A DNA stretch of 64,000 nt. It comes from an uncultured Gammaproteobacteria bacterium. GTDB lineage: Bacteria > Pseudomonadota > Gammaproteobacteria > Steroidobacterales > CAZJFQ01. The stretch lies in NCBI GenBank assembly GCA_964545335.1, contig CAZJFQ010000001.1, positions 1,766 to 65,765 on the forward strand, written 5' to 3'. Every line of letters begins with the position of its first letter. The stretch's first letter is position 1. Positions 18,216 through 28,512 of this stretch are shown in pieces. The notes under the pieces were generated by a model that was not told where the DNA came from, did not search any database, and saw nothing but the letters and a program-made list of their open reading frames with translations. The translations under genes and the position numbers were made by a program.

Positions 18216-18363
18216 CGTATAACGTGATTTGACCGTGTCAGACTCTATTCTTAGTCGATTTTCGCCACAGTGCCGTGAAGAGTCTCGCACTTTCGACAGC
18301 CGGTGAACCAGAAGCCCCGGGGACCGTGCGGCCCCCGGGCGCGATCGGATCCTGCATCCGGGG

Positions 18364-18870
18364 TCAGGGCATGATCACCGGAGTATCACCGCAATCGTCG
18401 CCGGAACCGCCCGACGCGCCATTGCCCGGATCATCATCGCCGGGATCATCTGCACCGGGTCGCGTAAAGTGGACGCCGGCCTGAAACGTCCCGCTGCGCT
18501 CGGTACCCCAGGCCGTTATGGCCTCGTACTCCACGTCGCCGTCGAGACCAAGCGCATTCCCAAGATCCGGTTCACGGGAGAAGGCCGCAAGTACCCAGTC
18601 ATTCTCACCACCGGAAGACCCGAGAACCTGATAGTTAACCCAGCCCGGGATAACTCCGTATATCAGCGTGGCACCTGGATGATGCTCGTTGAAATGATCC
18701 AGCGCTTCGCGGACAAAAGCCATCGGACGGTTTTCCGGATCCGCGCAGGTGCCACACTCGATGGTGTAATCGATAGGGCTGAGCGGATCGGACAACGCGA
18801 GTGGGGCTGCTCCCTCGAGAAAGAGCATCAATAGGGCATAAAGCCAGACTTTCCTTTGTTTGGATTCCAT
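18364..18870 (-). CDS. Hypothetical secreted protein with Asp/Gly/Pro-rich C-terminal tail
   Basis: Signal-peptide-like N-terminus (KVWLYALLMLFLEGAAPLALS) and a low-complexity tail (PGADDPGDDDPGNGASGGSGDDCGD). Confidence 0.6.
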   Translation of the reverse strand: MESKQRKVWLYALLMLFLEGAAPLALSDPLSPIDYTIECGTCADPENRPMAFVREALDHFNEHHPGATLIYGVIPGWVNYQVLGSSGGENDWVLAAFSREPDLGNALGLDGDVEYEAITAWGTERSGTFQAGVHFTRPGADDPGDDDPGNGASGGSGDDCGDTPVIMP

Positions 18871-19017
18871 GGCAGAACCTCCTTGTTCTGTCGGGTTGTT
18901 GTATCAGCAGTGGCTGGCCCTGGCGGAATCCACCTGGACATCCACTAATGGTCTAATACTACCATATATGGCATACTTGGCAAGATTCCAAATGAGCCCA
19001 CTGTCTGAGGATTCCCG

Positions 19018-19818
19018 ATGTTCCGATCCGTACTCATCGCTCTGATTCTTGGTCTGGCAGCCGTAGCAACAACGCTGAGCACTGTCGGATTTTTTGGATG
19101 GCAACCGGATGCAGCAGCAAACTCTCAACGCAGTCCGAATGAAGAAAGCAGTGACACCCTGTCGCAACAGCTGCAGCAGTTCAGCGCACTGCTCCGGTCG
19201 GTTGCAAAGGATGGGGCAACAAGCGACCAGTCAACTCCGGTGTCACAAGGCAGAGTCCCGACTGACGACCATGTAAAGAGGGATAACCATTGGGGAAATA
19301 CGACCGAGACCACCCTGCCCGATGGCCGTAAAGCACGAGTTGACCGTATTACCGGCGAGATTGTCAGTTGGGATGCCAGAACGCCGGAAGAAGCAAAGCG
19401 CTTTGGCTTCGACTTCGATTTTCGGCGCAGCGACTATGCCACGTATGGTCTTGTTACTCTCGAGCAACTCGCTGACGGCGGCGATTACATCGCGATGATG
19501 TATGTTGCAGAAGTTCGCGCTCGGGAACGAGATTATGACGCGGCCAAGCGTCTGTGGCTAACGTCGGCAACGATTTCGGGCCAGACCCGGGGGCTCGCCA
19601 ACGCTGCGGCTCATTTCTTCTCCCGACGCAACTACTACGACAGCCTGGTGTTTTCTGAACTGGCCGTCCGCCTGGGCGATAACCTGACCTATAACTTTGG
19701 CGCGTCGGCCAAAAGACTGATGTCGCAGGAAGACGTCGAGGCAGCAGAGCAAGACGCTGATCGGATTTTTAAATCGATGCTGACGGGACGCCGTTTGCGT
19801 ATCGGTGAGGGGTTCTGA
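19018..19818 (+). CDS. Hypothetical membrane-anchored/periplasmic protein
   Basis: N-terminal hydrophobic anchor (VLIALILGLAAVATTL). The C-terminal half is helical with a weak Sel1/TPR-like flavour. Confidence 0.6.
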   Translation: MFRSVLIALILGLAAVATTLSTVGFFGWQPDAAANSQRSPNEESSDTLSQQLQQFSALLRSVAKDGATSDQSTPVSQGRVPTDDHVKRDNHWGNTTETTLPDGRKARVDRITGEIVSWDARTPEEAKRFGFDFDFRRSDYATYGLVTLEQLADGGDYIAMMYVAEVRARERDYDAAKRLWLTSATISGQTRGLANAAAHFFSRRNYYDSLVFSELAVRLGDNLTYNFGASAKRLMSQEDVEAAEQDADRIFKSMLTGRRLRIGEGF

Positions 19819-19856
19819 ACTTTTTTTAGTTACATCATGAGACGATCACAGGAAGC

Positions 19857-20108
19857 ATGACCATGTTGCCTTTTAATATTCGGTTTCTGGTAACAGCCGG
19901 TGTAACCGGCATCTACAGTTGGGCCGCAGCTTTGGCACTAAAACTGTCCCTGAATTCGGGCCTACCGGACTGGAGCCAGAAAATCACCTTGCTGGTTTTG
20001 CTGCCTGGTTTTCTCATCGCACCATTTCTTGCCTGGCGATGGATCTCCCGGCAACGCTATGGCCCACACGATGGTCCAACCGATGCGAAAGATCCCCTGA
20101 GAGGCTAG
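19857..20108 (+). CDS. Hypothetical small membrane protein (2-3 TM)
   Basis: Hydrophobic ORF 38 nt downstream of the previous gene on the same strand. Confidence 0.5.
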   Translation: MTMLPFNIRFLVTAGVTGIYSWAAALALKLSLNSGLPDWSQKITLLVLLPGFLIAPFLAWRWISRQRYGPHDGPTDAKDPLRG

Positions 20109-20116
20109 ATTGCGGC

Positions 20117-20671
20117 TCAGCGAATAACGTTGTTGACGCCGGAAGAGGACGGTCGCGGCGCAGGGAGCGACGTTGACACAGACCGTATCGGTAACCTGCC
20201 GGATCCGGACCGGGACATACCGGTCAGCGGTGAACTGGTGCGCGACCGGCTGCTGTAGCTGGTCGCGGAACGACGACTGGGGTCTGCCGGGGCTATGTCA
20301 CCGTCTTCGCCCAGCCGCGGAGTGCGGGGGTTATCGTCGGGTTCCGAAGTTTCCGGTGGCTCATGCGGAACCACCTCCGCGGGGGGCGGAGGATAGTACA
20401 CCGGCGGGTGATAAGCACCGTGCATACCCCCAGCAGCTCCATAGAAAGGCATGGAAGGGCTGTAGTTGGCGCCGTCATCAAATAAACCGGCGCCCTGCGC
20501 GGGCAGGGCAGTGCCGGCCGTTTGGGTACTGTAGCCGTAAGGCAGGAGACCCAGATCGTCTACCGGGCCTGCAAACGGATTCTGGGCACAGCCGACCGCA
20601 AACGCCGCTGCCAGAAGCGCCAGCGCTGCAATCATGCGCTGCAATCCGGGTTGTCGCTCAGTTGACTTCAT
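20117..20671 (-). CDS. Hypothetical lipoprotein, Pro-rich centre and Ser/Arg-rich tail
   Basis: Lipobox-like LLAAAFAVGC, then YHPPVYYPPPPAEVVPHEPPE, then an S/R-rich C-terminus. Confidence 0.6.
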   Translation of the reverse strand: MKSTERQPGLQRMIAALALLAAAFAVGCAQNPFAGPVDDLGLLPYGYSTQTAGTALPAQGAGLFDDGANYSPSMPFYGAAGGMHGAYHPPVYYPPPPAEVVPHEPPETSEPDDNPRTPRLGEDGDIAPADPSRRSATSYSSRSRTSSPLTGMSRSGSGRLPIRSVSTSLPAPRPSSSGVNNVIR

Positions 20672-20785
20672 GACAGCAGGTCCGGAGCCTCTCTGGTCCC
20701 TGCAGACAATGGTACGATGAAACTGATCGGCACCTGTAGTATTACAGAACGAATATGTAAAATGCCCCGCTGGCCGTCGCTGTCG

Positions 20786-22228
20786 CTACGACGTCCCGCC
20801 CACGGTCAGGCTGTCAATGCGCAGCGTCGGCTGACCCACACCGACGGGTATCGTTTGTCCTTCCTTGCCGCAAACACCGACACCTGTATCGAGTTTGAGA
20901 TCGTTACCGACCATCGAAACCCGCGTCAGCACGTCCGGGCCGTTTCCAATTAGAGTTGCACCTTTTACGGGACGGGTAATGCGACCTTTTTCGATCAAAT
21001 AGGCCTCACTGGTTGTAAAAACAAACTTGCCCGAAGTGATATCGACCTGGCCGCCGCCAAAATGACTCGCGTACAGGCCGCGGTCCACGGAACGGATGAT
21101 CTCCTCCGGGTCGTGCGGACCGGGGAGCATATAAGTATTGGTCATTCTTGGCATGGGCAGATGGGCGAAGGACTCACGGCGGCCGTTGCCCGTGGGCGCC
21201 ATGCCCATAAGTCGGGCATTGAGCTTGTCCTGCATATAGCCTTTGAGAATTCCGTGCTCGATCAGTGTCGTGCAACTTGTTGGTGTGCCTTCGTCATCAA
21301 TATTCAGCGATCCCCGTCTTGCATCGATGGTGCCATCGTCAACCACAGTACAAAGCTCTGACGCCACCTTTTCTCCGAGCCGGCCACTGAAAGCAGAAGT
21401 CTGTTTACGATTGAAGTCACCTTCCAGACCGTGACCGACAGCCTCGTGCAACAAGACCCCGGGCCACCCCGGGCCGAGTACGACTATCATGTTGCCGGCC
21501 GGCGACGGGTCGGCATCGAGATTGACCAGGGCTTGTCGTACGGCTTCCCGTGCATACTCGAGCGCCTTGGCGTCTTCAACAAAGTACTCGTAGCCTACGC
21601 GTCCACCACCGCCGGCAAATCCTTGTTCGCGCCGGCCATCCTGCTCGGCAATAACGGACACGTTGAGTCGAACAAGCGGTCGAATATCGGCGCTGAATGT
21701 GCCGTCTGCGGCTGCGATCAGGATGACTTCGTGAACTCCGGACAGATTCACGACTACTTCCTGCACACGGCTGTCGATACGGCGCGCTTCGGCATCAACC
21801 GTTTCCAGCAGGGCGACTTTCTTGTCATCGTCCAGTGATTCCACCGGATCAATCGGTTGATAAAGCTCGTGACCATCCGACCTGCGCCAGGCCTGCAGTT
21901 GCCCGTGGCTTCCGCGGCGCGCGATAGCACGCGCCGCTCGAGACGCGTGCTCAAGCGCGGGCAGCGCGATCTCGTCGGAGTATGCGAATCCGGTTTTTTC
22001 GCCGCTGATCGCCCGCACACCCACGCCTTGTTCAATGCTGTGGGTACCTTCCTTTACAATCCGGTCTTCAAGTGACCAGGATTCATGCCGGCTGAATTGA
22101 AAGTACAGCTCCGCGTCATCGATTGCGTGACCCATGATGCGGCCCAGCACGCCGGACAGGTGGTGCTCATCGAGACCGGCACGATCAAGTATCCGATTGC
22201 GCGCTATTTCGATATTTTTGTCAGTCAT
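20786..22228 (-). CDS. tldD: Metalloprotease TldD
   Basis: TldD/PmbA family with the zinc motif [14 protein letters not shown]. 480 aa. Confidence 0.95.
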   Translation of the reverse strand: MTDKNIEIARNRILDRAGLDEHHLSGVLGRIMGHAIDDAELYFQFSRHESWSLEDRIVKEGTHSIEQGVGVRAISGEKTGFAYSDEIALPALEHASRAARAIARRGSHGQLQAWRRSDGHELYQPIDPVESLDDDKKVALLETVDAEARRIDSRVQEVVVNLSGVHEVILIAAADGTFSADIRPLVRLNVSVIAEQDGRREQGFAGGGGRVGYEYFVEDAKALEYAREAVRQALVNLDADPSPAGNMIVVLGPGWPGVLLHEAVGHGLEGDFNRKQTSAFSGRLGEKVASELCTVVDDGTIDARRGSLNIDDEGTPTSCTTLIEHGILKGYMQDKLNARLMGMAPTGNGRRESFAHLPMPRMTNTYMLPGPHDPEEIIRSVDRGLYASHFGGGQVDITSGKFVFTTSEAYLIEKGRITRPVKGATLIGNGPDVLTRVSMVGNDLKLDTGVGVCGKEGQTIPVGVGQPTLRIDSLTVGGTS

Positions 22229-22270
22229 GGATTCTGATGCTTCCGAGGCCCGTTTGCCTGTACCGCTTTA

Positions 22271-23083
22271 TCAGTTCAACCGCCGGTGTTCGAGCACCGG
22301 AAAATCCTGCCGCAGCTGCTCTTGCCTGGTTCGGTCTATGTCGGCCGCGATGTAACCCAGGCCGGTCTGCAGCCTTTTGACGATGTTGCCCCACGGGTCG
22401 ACAATCATACTGTCTCCCCATGTAGTGCGCCCGCCTGGATGCTGCCCGACCTGGCAAGCAGCGATAATATAACTCAGATTCTCAATTGCCCGGGCGCGAA
22501 CGAGGACCTCCCAGTGCGCTTCACCGGTGGTCACGGTAAACGCGGATGGTAAAGCAAATGCAGTGACGCCTCTGTCAGCCATCGCACCGAACAGATTCGG
22601 AAATCTCACGTCATAGCATACCGTCAATCCCAGCGGGCCTGCCGGCGAGTCGGCGATGACAATGTCGTTACCGGGCTCGATATATTGTGACTCGCAATAG
22701 CGTTCCGATCCGCCGGATACGGACACGTCAAAAAGGTGCATCTTATCGTACCGGCCAGTCAGTGCGCCGGTCCCCGCATATACCAGACACGCCGCACGTA
22801 CGCGATCTCCGGTTCCGGTTTTCAGCGGTAATGTACCTCCAACCAGACAGCAATCGAGATCGCGTGCCATCGCGGACAGGAATTCCTGAACCGGGCCCCG
22901 GCCAGGCTCTTCAGCAACACGCAGCCGGTCAGCATCCCGTTCCGGCATCAGGGCAAAGTTTTCCGGCAATACGATCAGTGTGGCACCGGCGGCTGCTGCT
23001 GCACCGACCAGCTCAGCGGCTTGTTGCAAGTTGGCATCGACGTCAGCGCCTGATGTCATCTGAATTGCAGCGACTTGACTCAT
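22271..23083 (-). CDS. Carbon-nitrogen hydrolase family protein (Nit-like)
   Basis: Catalytic-triad context: LPENF (Glu) and TVCYDVRFP (Cys). It sits in the conserved position between yhdP and tldD. Confidence 0.88.
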   Translation of the reverse strand: MSQVAAIQMTSGADVDANLQQAAELVGAAAAAGATLIVLPENFALMPERDADRLRVAEEPGRGPVQEFLSAMARDLDCCLVGGTLPLKTGTGDRVRAACLVYAGTGALTGRYDKMHLFDVSVSGGSERYCESQYIEPGNDIVIADSPAGPLGLTVCYDVRFPNLFGAMADRGVTAFALPSAFTVTTGEAHWEVLVRARAIENLSYIIAACQVGQHPGGRTTWGDSMIVDPWGNIVKRLQTGLGYIAADIDRTRQEQLRQDFPVLEHRRLN

Positions 23084-23119
23084 CGGCGGCCAGACCGAAA
23101 AAGCTGGGCCTGCCGACGC

Positions 23120-26100
23120 TCAGCGAAATGATGCCGGATCCGCAACATTTTCCGCGGCAGCCTGTGATGCGATAACGCGTTCGACGACCGGATCCTCCCA
23201 GCTCCCTGTCACGTGATAGTGCAATTGCATGAGCTCGCCGAGGGGCTCCTTCAGTATTTCGGTGATCAGGAACATAGCGGCACCTACGACCGGGCTGACC
23301 ACAAGCGCAACACCCACCGGTAATGCATTGCCGACCTTGGCATAGACGACGGCGACCTGATCGTAGTCTTCCGCCGCCAGACCGATCCGGCCGACAATTC
23401 CGACGTTGGCGGCAGGGCCGATCAGAACCAGGTTCTCGGTATAGGCGTTGCCATCATTGATCTGGAAATCTCCTGAAATCGTATCGTAGCCAAACCCCTT
23501 GTCAAATACATCGCGAAAATCAAGGGACAGGCGACGCGGTAGGGCGGTGACACTGAGCAGGCCAAATATGCGTCCGGCGCCAGGCTCAACGTCCGTCATC
23601 TGCCCATTCTCCAGGCTTATTGATGCCGTACCGCTGGCATTTTTCAGAAAATCACTGCCGGGTGGGCCCGGCCACGATATGTCAAACATCGCCGTGCCTT
23701 TATCGCCGGTTACCGATCCGGCATAACCCAGGTATCGCGACGTCGCCTGCACGTCGGTGCTGTCCAGGCCAAGCGTCAGTGCAGATTGATGTTGTCCGGC
23801 TGTCAGCGTCCACTCGCCATCGCCCCGGGTAGTAAAAGACGGGGACTCGGTTTCAAAATGCTGAAGTTTGATGCCTTGCGGCACACGGACCAGCGAAGCC
23901 TGCAGAACACCGAAACCACGGTCACCGAGAGCAAAATCAGCAGCCGTGACTTCCATCGCGGGCAGTTCTGCCGGATCCAGCGGCTCGCCCCGTGCTTCGT
24001 CTTCCTCGGGCAACTTTAGTAACAGGCGTTCAAAATTCGCGACGATGGGAGCGTTGCCGGTCAAATCAAATGGTACGAATAAGGACCCGGCAATCGGCTC
24101 GCTGTCTATCTGTACCAGCCATTCACGATCATTGTGATTCAGTTGAAAACGGGCATCAGCCAGACGCTGCCGGTAAAAGTCAAAGGCATCGACCGATAGG
24201 TCAATCGATGTCAGAAACTCTGACAGATGCCGGCCGGAGGGCGAGTCTGATCCGAGTTCCAGCCAGCGGTCGAGATCGAGTTCGGCGACCCGGCCAACGA
24301 GCGCCAGACCGTCTGTAATCGGCAGATCAGGCGCTGGGGCGTTGACTGCTACTGTGCCACGTCGAAATCTCCAGCCCTCGTCGTTCAGATCCAGCGCCAT
24401 CCGACCGGTGACCTCGTCTCCGTACGTCAAACCAAAATCGATGCCCTCGTATTCGATGAACACAAGATTCATTGCCAGTGGCCGCGCCTCCGTAATGTCC
24501 TTGGCCAGTGGTGCCGGCAGATCCACGGTAACGCCCCTCAGGTCAGACGTGACATCGATGCGAAACCGCTCACCGGATGCCGAGTCGCGGCGCGGAAACC
24601 GGACCCGCGCGTTCCAGTCCATTGCACCGTCGACACGTGCGCCAATCGGCAGATTGAGCGCATCCAGCGCACTATGAATTTCAGTCTTCCCGGCAACCGT
24701 CATGATGGTCGCTGTTCTTTGATTGTTGTCGTCCAGCACCGGAAACAGATCAATCGTTACCGGCCTTCCGAGCAATGTCGCCGCGATTTCCTGCCCGTCC
24801 AGACCAAGCGGCGACGCATTAAGGCGGCCGGCGACATTGACAAATTTGTGTCGTACACCGGTGAATCCAATAACACCTTCGACTATCTGAACGCCGACGC
24901 TGAAATCATTTTCGTGGTGCTTTCGCAACCGGATGCTCATTTCGGTTTCCACAAACCCGCGCCCCTGAGCCTCGAGATCGCCAAATCCACGACCAAGCTG
25001 GTCCATTAACGGGCTGACCTTGACGAATTCAACGATGCGATCCAGCGTACCGGACGCAGTCGCAGAAACAGTCATCGGACTTTCATACATATCTGAAATC
25101 TTGGCGACGGCGTACTCGACTTTCGTTCCCATCAGGTTTGCTGAATGAACCTGGGCTGTGAATTTGGAATTCTCGATTGTTACGTCGGCATCAACTTCTT
25201 TCAGGACCGGCCAGCCTGGAAAGTAGTCGACCGTAGCATCGCTGATGGCGAACCGCGCCAGCATCCTCGCTTCACCGGAATCGAACGGTCTGCGTTTCAG
25301 CGGTCCGTTAAACACAAACCGACCTGAACGGATTCTGCCATCCACGATACCGCTATCCAGCCAGGCAAGAACCTTGGGTGGTATGCGGCTCACAAGGTAG
25401 AGACTCAGGTGACTGAGATCGACGTCCGCAATGGTGGCCGCGACTTTGAGTGTCGGCGGACCGCCCTGACGAGAATAGGTGAATTCCGCCGCAGCAGAGA
25501 TGTCGAGATCCGGGCTCTTGATCGAGATACCGGGAGTGGTCACGCTGACCTTTTCATCGGAAATGGCCCATTCGATTGCGCCGGCAACTCGCCGCAGTTG
25601 TACTTCATTTCGAAATGCCTTCGGTAACGAGAAACTCAGATCGGTGGTATCAAGTTGCAAACGACCGCCGCTGTCGTCGAATTTCAGATGGGCAGTAACG
25701 CCCTGTGCCTGCGGCAACTCGGCCGGTGTCGAGAATCCCAGTCCTGCCACATCCACCTCGCCGTCATACTGAAGCGGCTGGTGTTCCCCGGGAGTGCTGA
25801 AGCTAGCTGACAAACCGCGGAGTTCTCCGGCCAGCGTTATAGAAGCGGGATCGGGAAATCCGTCCGGAACCGGAATCAGCGCCAGAAACTGGTTCAGTTC
25901 GTCGAATCGCAGATAGCTCGCATTGCCGCTGATCGTCGTAACGGAACTTTCCGCGGACTTCAAGTATTCGACCTCGAACTGCGACGCAGGCCAGACATCC
26001 CCGTCACCGGCCATCTGCAAATCCCGTCCCGACAGCCGCCAGCCCGACTCGATACGATCCAGCTGCAAGGTGGCGGCGAAATAGGACAACGCAACATCGA

Positions 26101-26983
26101 CATCGGGCCTGTCATCGCTCACGGATATCCTGCCGCTCAGATTCCTCAACTCTGTGGTGACGGATGCCTGCGTCAGGCGGCCACCCTCCATCGCCAGCCA
26201 GATCGAGGTATCACCTGTGACGGTAACGGCCGGGAGATTAACCGGCAGCAACTGACGCCAGCCCGCAAAATCGAGTTCTTCGCCCTCGACCAGCAATTGC
26301 CAGTCGATGGACTCAGGATCGGTGAGATCGCCCTGGGCGCGGGCGGAGAGTTCGATGTCGGCGCCCAGCGCCGGCGGCAGCCCGATCTGACCTTCGAGCT
26401 CGAGAGAATCACCATGGTATCGAACCAGCAGCGTGACTTCGTCAAAGGTCCAGGGTCCGAGACCCCGGGTCTGATCTTCGTAGCGGATGCGGGCATCGCG
26501 CAGTTCAAAGGTACCTTTCGGAATGACATCCAGCGCTGAACCACCGGCCGTGGTTATCTCCGACTCCCTGGACTCGAAACCCTGTATACGGTACCTACCG
26601 TCTTTCGATCGATACAAATCGATTTGTGCACCCGTCAGCTCCACCCAGCCAGCCTGCAGCTGGCGCTCACGGATCAGGCCAAACAGGTTGATACCGACAC
26701 TACCGGTCTCGGCACGAATCAGGACCCGTGATTCATCTGGTGCGAGTACCCTGGCGTCTGAAAAGAACAGCTCGGGCCCTTTTAGCCGCCAGCGGGCATC
26801 GATCTTGCCGATCCGGACCGGCAGGCCAATCGCGTCGCTGGCCCAGGCCTGCAACTGCCCGTGATACTCCGGCACCAGTGGGAGCGTAAGACGGAACACG
26901 CCAAGTGCCACCGCCAACAAAATGACCACGGACGCAAACATCGTTGCGATCCAGCGCCAGATTCTCTTACCCAGTGATGCCAT
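23120..26983 (-). CDS. yhdP: YhdP-family (AsmA-like) envelope protein
   Basis: 1287 aa with an N-terminal TM anchor and a long beta-rich body. It sits in the canonical position downstream of rng. Confidence 0.88.
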   Translation of the reverse strand: MASLGKRIWRWIATMFASVVILLAVALGVFRLTLPLVPEYHGQLQAWASDAIGLPVRIGKIDARWRLKGPELFFSDARVLAPDESRVLIRAETGSVGINLFGLIRERQLQAGWVELTGAQIDLYRSKDGRYRIQGFESRESEITTAGGSALDVIPKGTFELRDARIRYEDQTRGLGPWTFDEVTLLVRYHGDSLELEGQIGLPPALGADIELSARAQGDLTDPESIDWQLLVEGEELDFAGWRQLLPVNLPAVTVTGDTSIWLAMEGGRLTQASVTTELRNLSGRISVSDDRPDVDVALSYFAATLQLDRIESGWRLSGRDLQMAGDGDVWPASQFEVEYLKSAESSVTTISGNASYLRFDELNQFLALIPVPDGFPDPASITLAGELRGLSASFSTPGEHQPLQYDGEVDVAGLGFSTPAELPQAQGVTAHLKFDDSGGRLQLDTTDLSFSLPKAFRNEVQLRRVAGAIEWAISDEKVSVTTPGISIKSPDLDISAAAEFTYSRQGGPPTLKVAATIADVDLSHLSLYLVSRIPPKVLAWLDSGIVDGRIRSGRFVFNGPLKRRPFDSGEARMLARFAISDATVDYFPGWPVLKEVDADVTIENSKFTAQVHSANLMGTKVEYAVAKISDMYESPMTVSATASGTLDRIVEFVKVSPLMDQLGRGFGDLEAQGRGFVETEMSIRLRKHHENDFSVGVQIVEGVIGFTGVRHKFVNVAGRLNASPLGLDGQEIAATLLGRPVTIDLFPVLDDNNQRTATIMTVAGKTEIHSALDALNLPIGARVDGAMDWNARVRFPRRDSASGERFRIDVTSDLRGVTVDLPAPLAKDITEARPLAMNLVFIEYEGIDFGLTYGDEVTGRMALDLNDEGWRFRRGTVAVNAPAPDLPITDGLALVGRVAELDLDRWLELGSDSPSGRHLSEFLTSIDLSVDAFDFYRQRLADARFQLNHNDREWLVQIDSEPIAGSLFVPFDLTGNAPIVANFERLLLKLPEEDEARGEPLDPAELPAMEVTAADFALGDRGFGVLQASLVRVPQGIKLQHFETESPSFTTRGDGEWTLTAGQHQSALTLGLDSTDVQATSRYLGYAGSVTGDKGTAMFDISWPGPPGSDFLKNASGTASISLENGQMTDVEPGAGRIFGLLSVTALPRRLSLDFRDVFDKGFGYDTISGDFQINDGNAYTENLVLIGPAANVGIVGRIGLAAEDYDQVAVVYAKVGNALPVGVALVVSPVVGAAMFLITEILKEPLGELMQLHYHVTGSWEDPVVERVIASQAAAENVADPASFR

Positions 26984-27042
26984 TGGCGGTGCTCGTGAGC
27001 CTCAATAATCGCCCCGAATCAGATGTGCGCACAACGAAACGT

Positions 27043-28512
27043 TCACATTAATACCACGTCGTACTGACCGTCCGAATACAGACCCTCGGACTGCAGGCGT
27101 ATCGTCTTGCCGGTAGTCTCCCCGAGTTCCGCGAGGCTAGAGGACTCCTCGTCAAGCAGGAGTTCCACCACTTCCGGGTGCGCGAGTACCATGAGTTCCG
27201 AGAAATCGAATTGCCGTGACTGCCGCAGAATCTCCCTGAATATCTCGTAGCAGACCGTTTCCGGTGTTTTTACAGTGCCACTGCCGCTGCACGTCGGGCA
27301 TGGTGTGCACATGATGTTCTCGAGACTCTCGCGGGTCCGTTTGCGGGTCATTTCAACCAAGCCAAGCGGTGACAGATGAGTTATATGGGATTTGGCGTGG
27401 TCGCGCGCCAGGTGCTTCTCCAGCGACTGCAAAACCTGATCGCGATGGGATTCGTCGTCCATGTCGATGAAATCGATGATAATGATGCCGCCGAGATTGC
27501 GTAGCCTGAGCTGGCGGGCAATTGTCAGTGCTGCTTCCAAATTCGTTTTGTAAATCGTTTCCTCCAGATTTCTGTGTCCGACATATGCACCGGTGTTGAC
27601 ATCGATCGTTGTCATCGCTTCCGTCTGATCGATAATGACATGGCCCCCGGATTTGAGAGGCACTTTGCGTTCCATAGCCTTCTGAATATCATCCTCAATG
27701 TTGCACAGGTCAAAAATCGGTCGGTCGCCCGCATAAAGTTCGATTTTCGGCTTCAGTTCCGGGACGAAAATCGCTGCGAAATTCTGCATGCGCTCAAATG
27801 CCGGTTTGCTGTCGACACGAACGCGCTCCATTTCGCTGCCGAACAGGTCCCGCAGAATTCGCACCGGCAGCGGCAGGTCCTCGTGGACCATGTTGCCTGG
27901 TGATGTGCTGCGCTGGTCCTTTTCGACCACCTCCCAGAGCTTTTTCAGAAACATCATGTCGGCCCGAACCGCCTCCATCTCCGCCCCTTCTGCTGCGGTA
28001 CGAACGATATAGCCGCCTTTTTTGTCGGCACCGGAGAAATCACTGACCAGTGCTCTTAGGCGATCGCGTTCAGTTTCGTTTTCGATTCGGACAGAAACCC
28101 CGATTCCGGTTCCGCCCGGCATATATACGAGGTACCGTGACGGGATAGTTATGCAGGTGGTAAGTCGCGCACCTTTGCTGCCGAGGGGATCCTTGAGCAC
28201 CTGCACGAGAATTTCCCCGCCTTCCGTGACGAGGTTGCGGATGCTCACACTGTTTTTTCGTGCCGGCCCGTTGTCTTCGATAACAGGTCGTTCGATGTCG
28301 GATTCATGCAGGAAAGCCGTACGTTGCAGACCAATATCTATAAAGGCTGCCTGCATGCCGGGTAAGACGCGTGATACCTTGCCCCTGTAAATGTTGCCGA
28401 TAAGACCCCTTTTGGTCGCGCGTTCCAGATAAACCTCTTGCACGATACCGTCATCGACGAGCGCGGCGCGCGTCTCACGGGATGTCACGTTGACCAGTAT
28501 TTCCTGTTTCAT
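27043..28512 (-). CDS. rng: Ribonuclease G
   Basis: N-terminal S1 domain (GNIYRGKVSRVLPGMQAAFIDIG) and RNase E/G catalytic core (GGIIIIDFIDM). 489 aa. Confidence 0.95.
   Translation of the reverse strand: MKQEILVNVTSRETRAALVDDGIVQEVYLERATKRGLIGNIYRGKVSRVLPGMQAAFIDIGLQRTAFLHESDIERPVIEDNGPARKNSVSIRNLVTEGGEILVQVLKDPLGSKGARLTTCITIPSRYLVYMPGGTGIGVSVRIENETERDRLRALVSDFSGADKKGGYIVRTAAEGAEMEAVRADMMFLKKLWEVVEKDQRSTSPGNMVHEDLPLPVRILRDLFGSEMERVRVDSKPAFERMQNFAAIFVPELKPKIELYAGDRPIFDLCNIEDDIQKAMERKVPLKSGGHVIIDQTEAMTTIDVNTGAYVGHRNLEETIYKTNLEAALTIARQLRLRNLGGIIIIDFIDMDDESHRDQVLQSLEKHLARDHAKSHITHLSPLGLVEMTRKRTRESLENIMCTPCPTCSGSGTVKTPETVCYEIFREILRQSRQFDFSELMVLAHPEVVELLLDEESSSLAELGETTGKTIRLQSEGLYSDGQYDVVLM

Noticed and set aside
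14897-20785. Calling the purE-to-tldD accessory islet, or the 46.8-52.8-kb patch, a mobile genomic island or prophage remnant.
   Set aside because: No integrase, transposase, phage genes, tRNA/tmRNA attachment site or flanking direct repeats are visible. I report it only as a synteny interruption.
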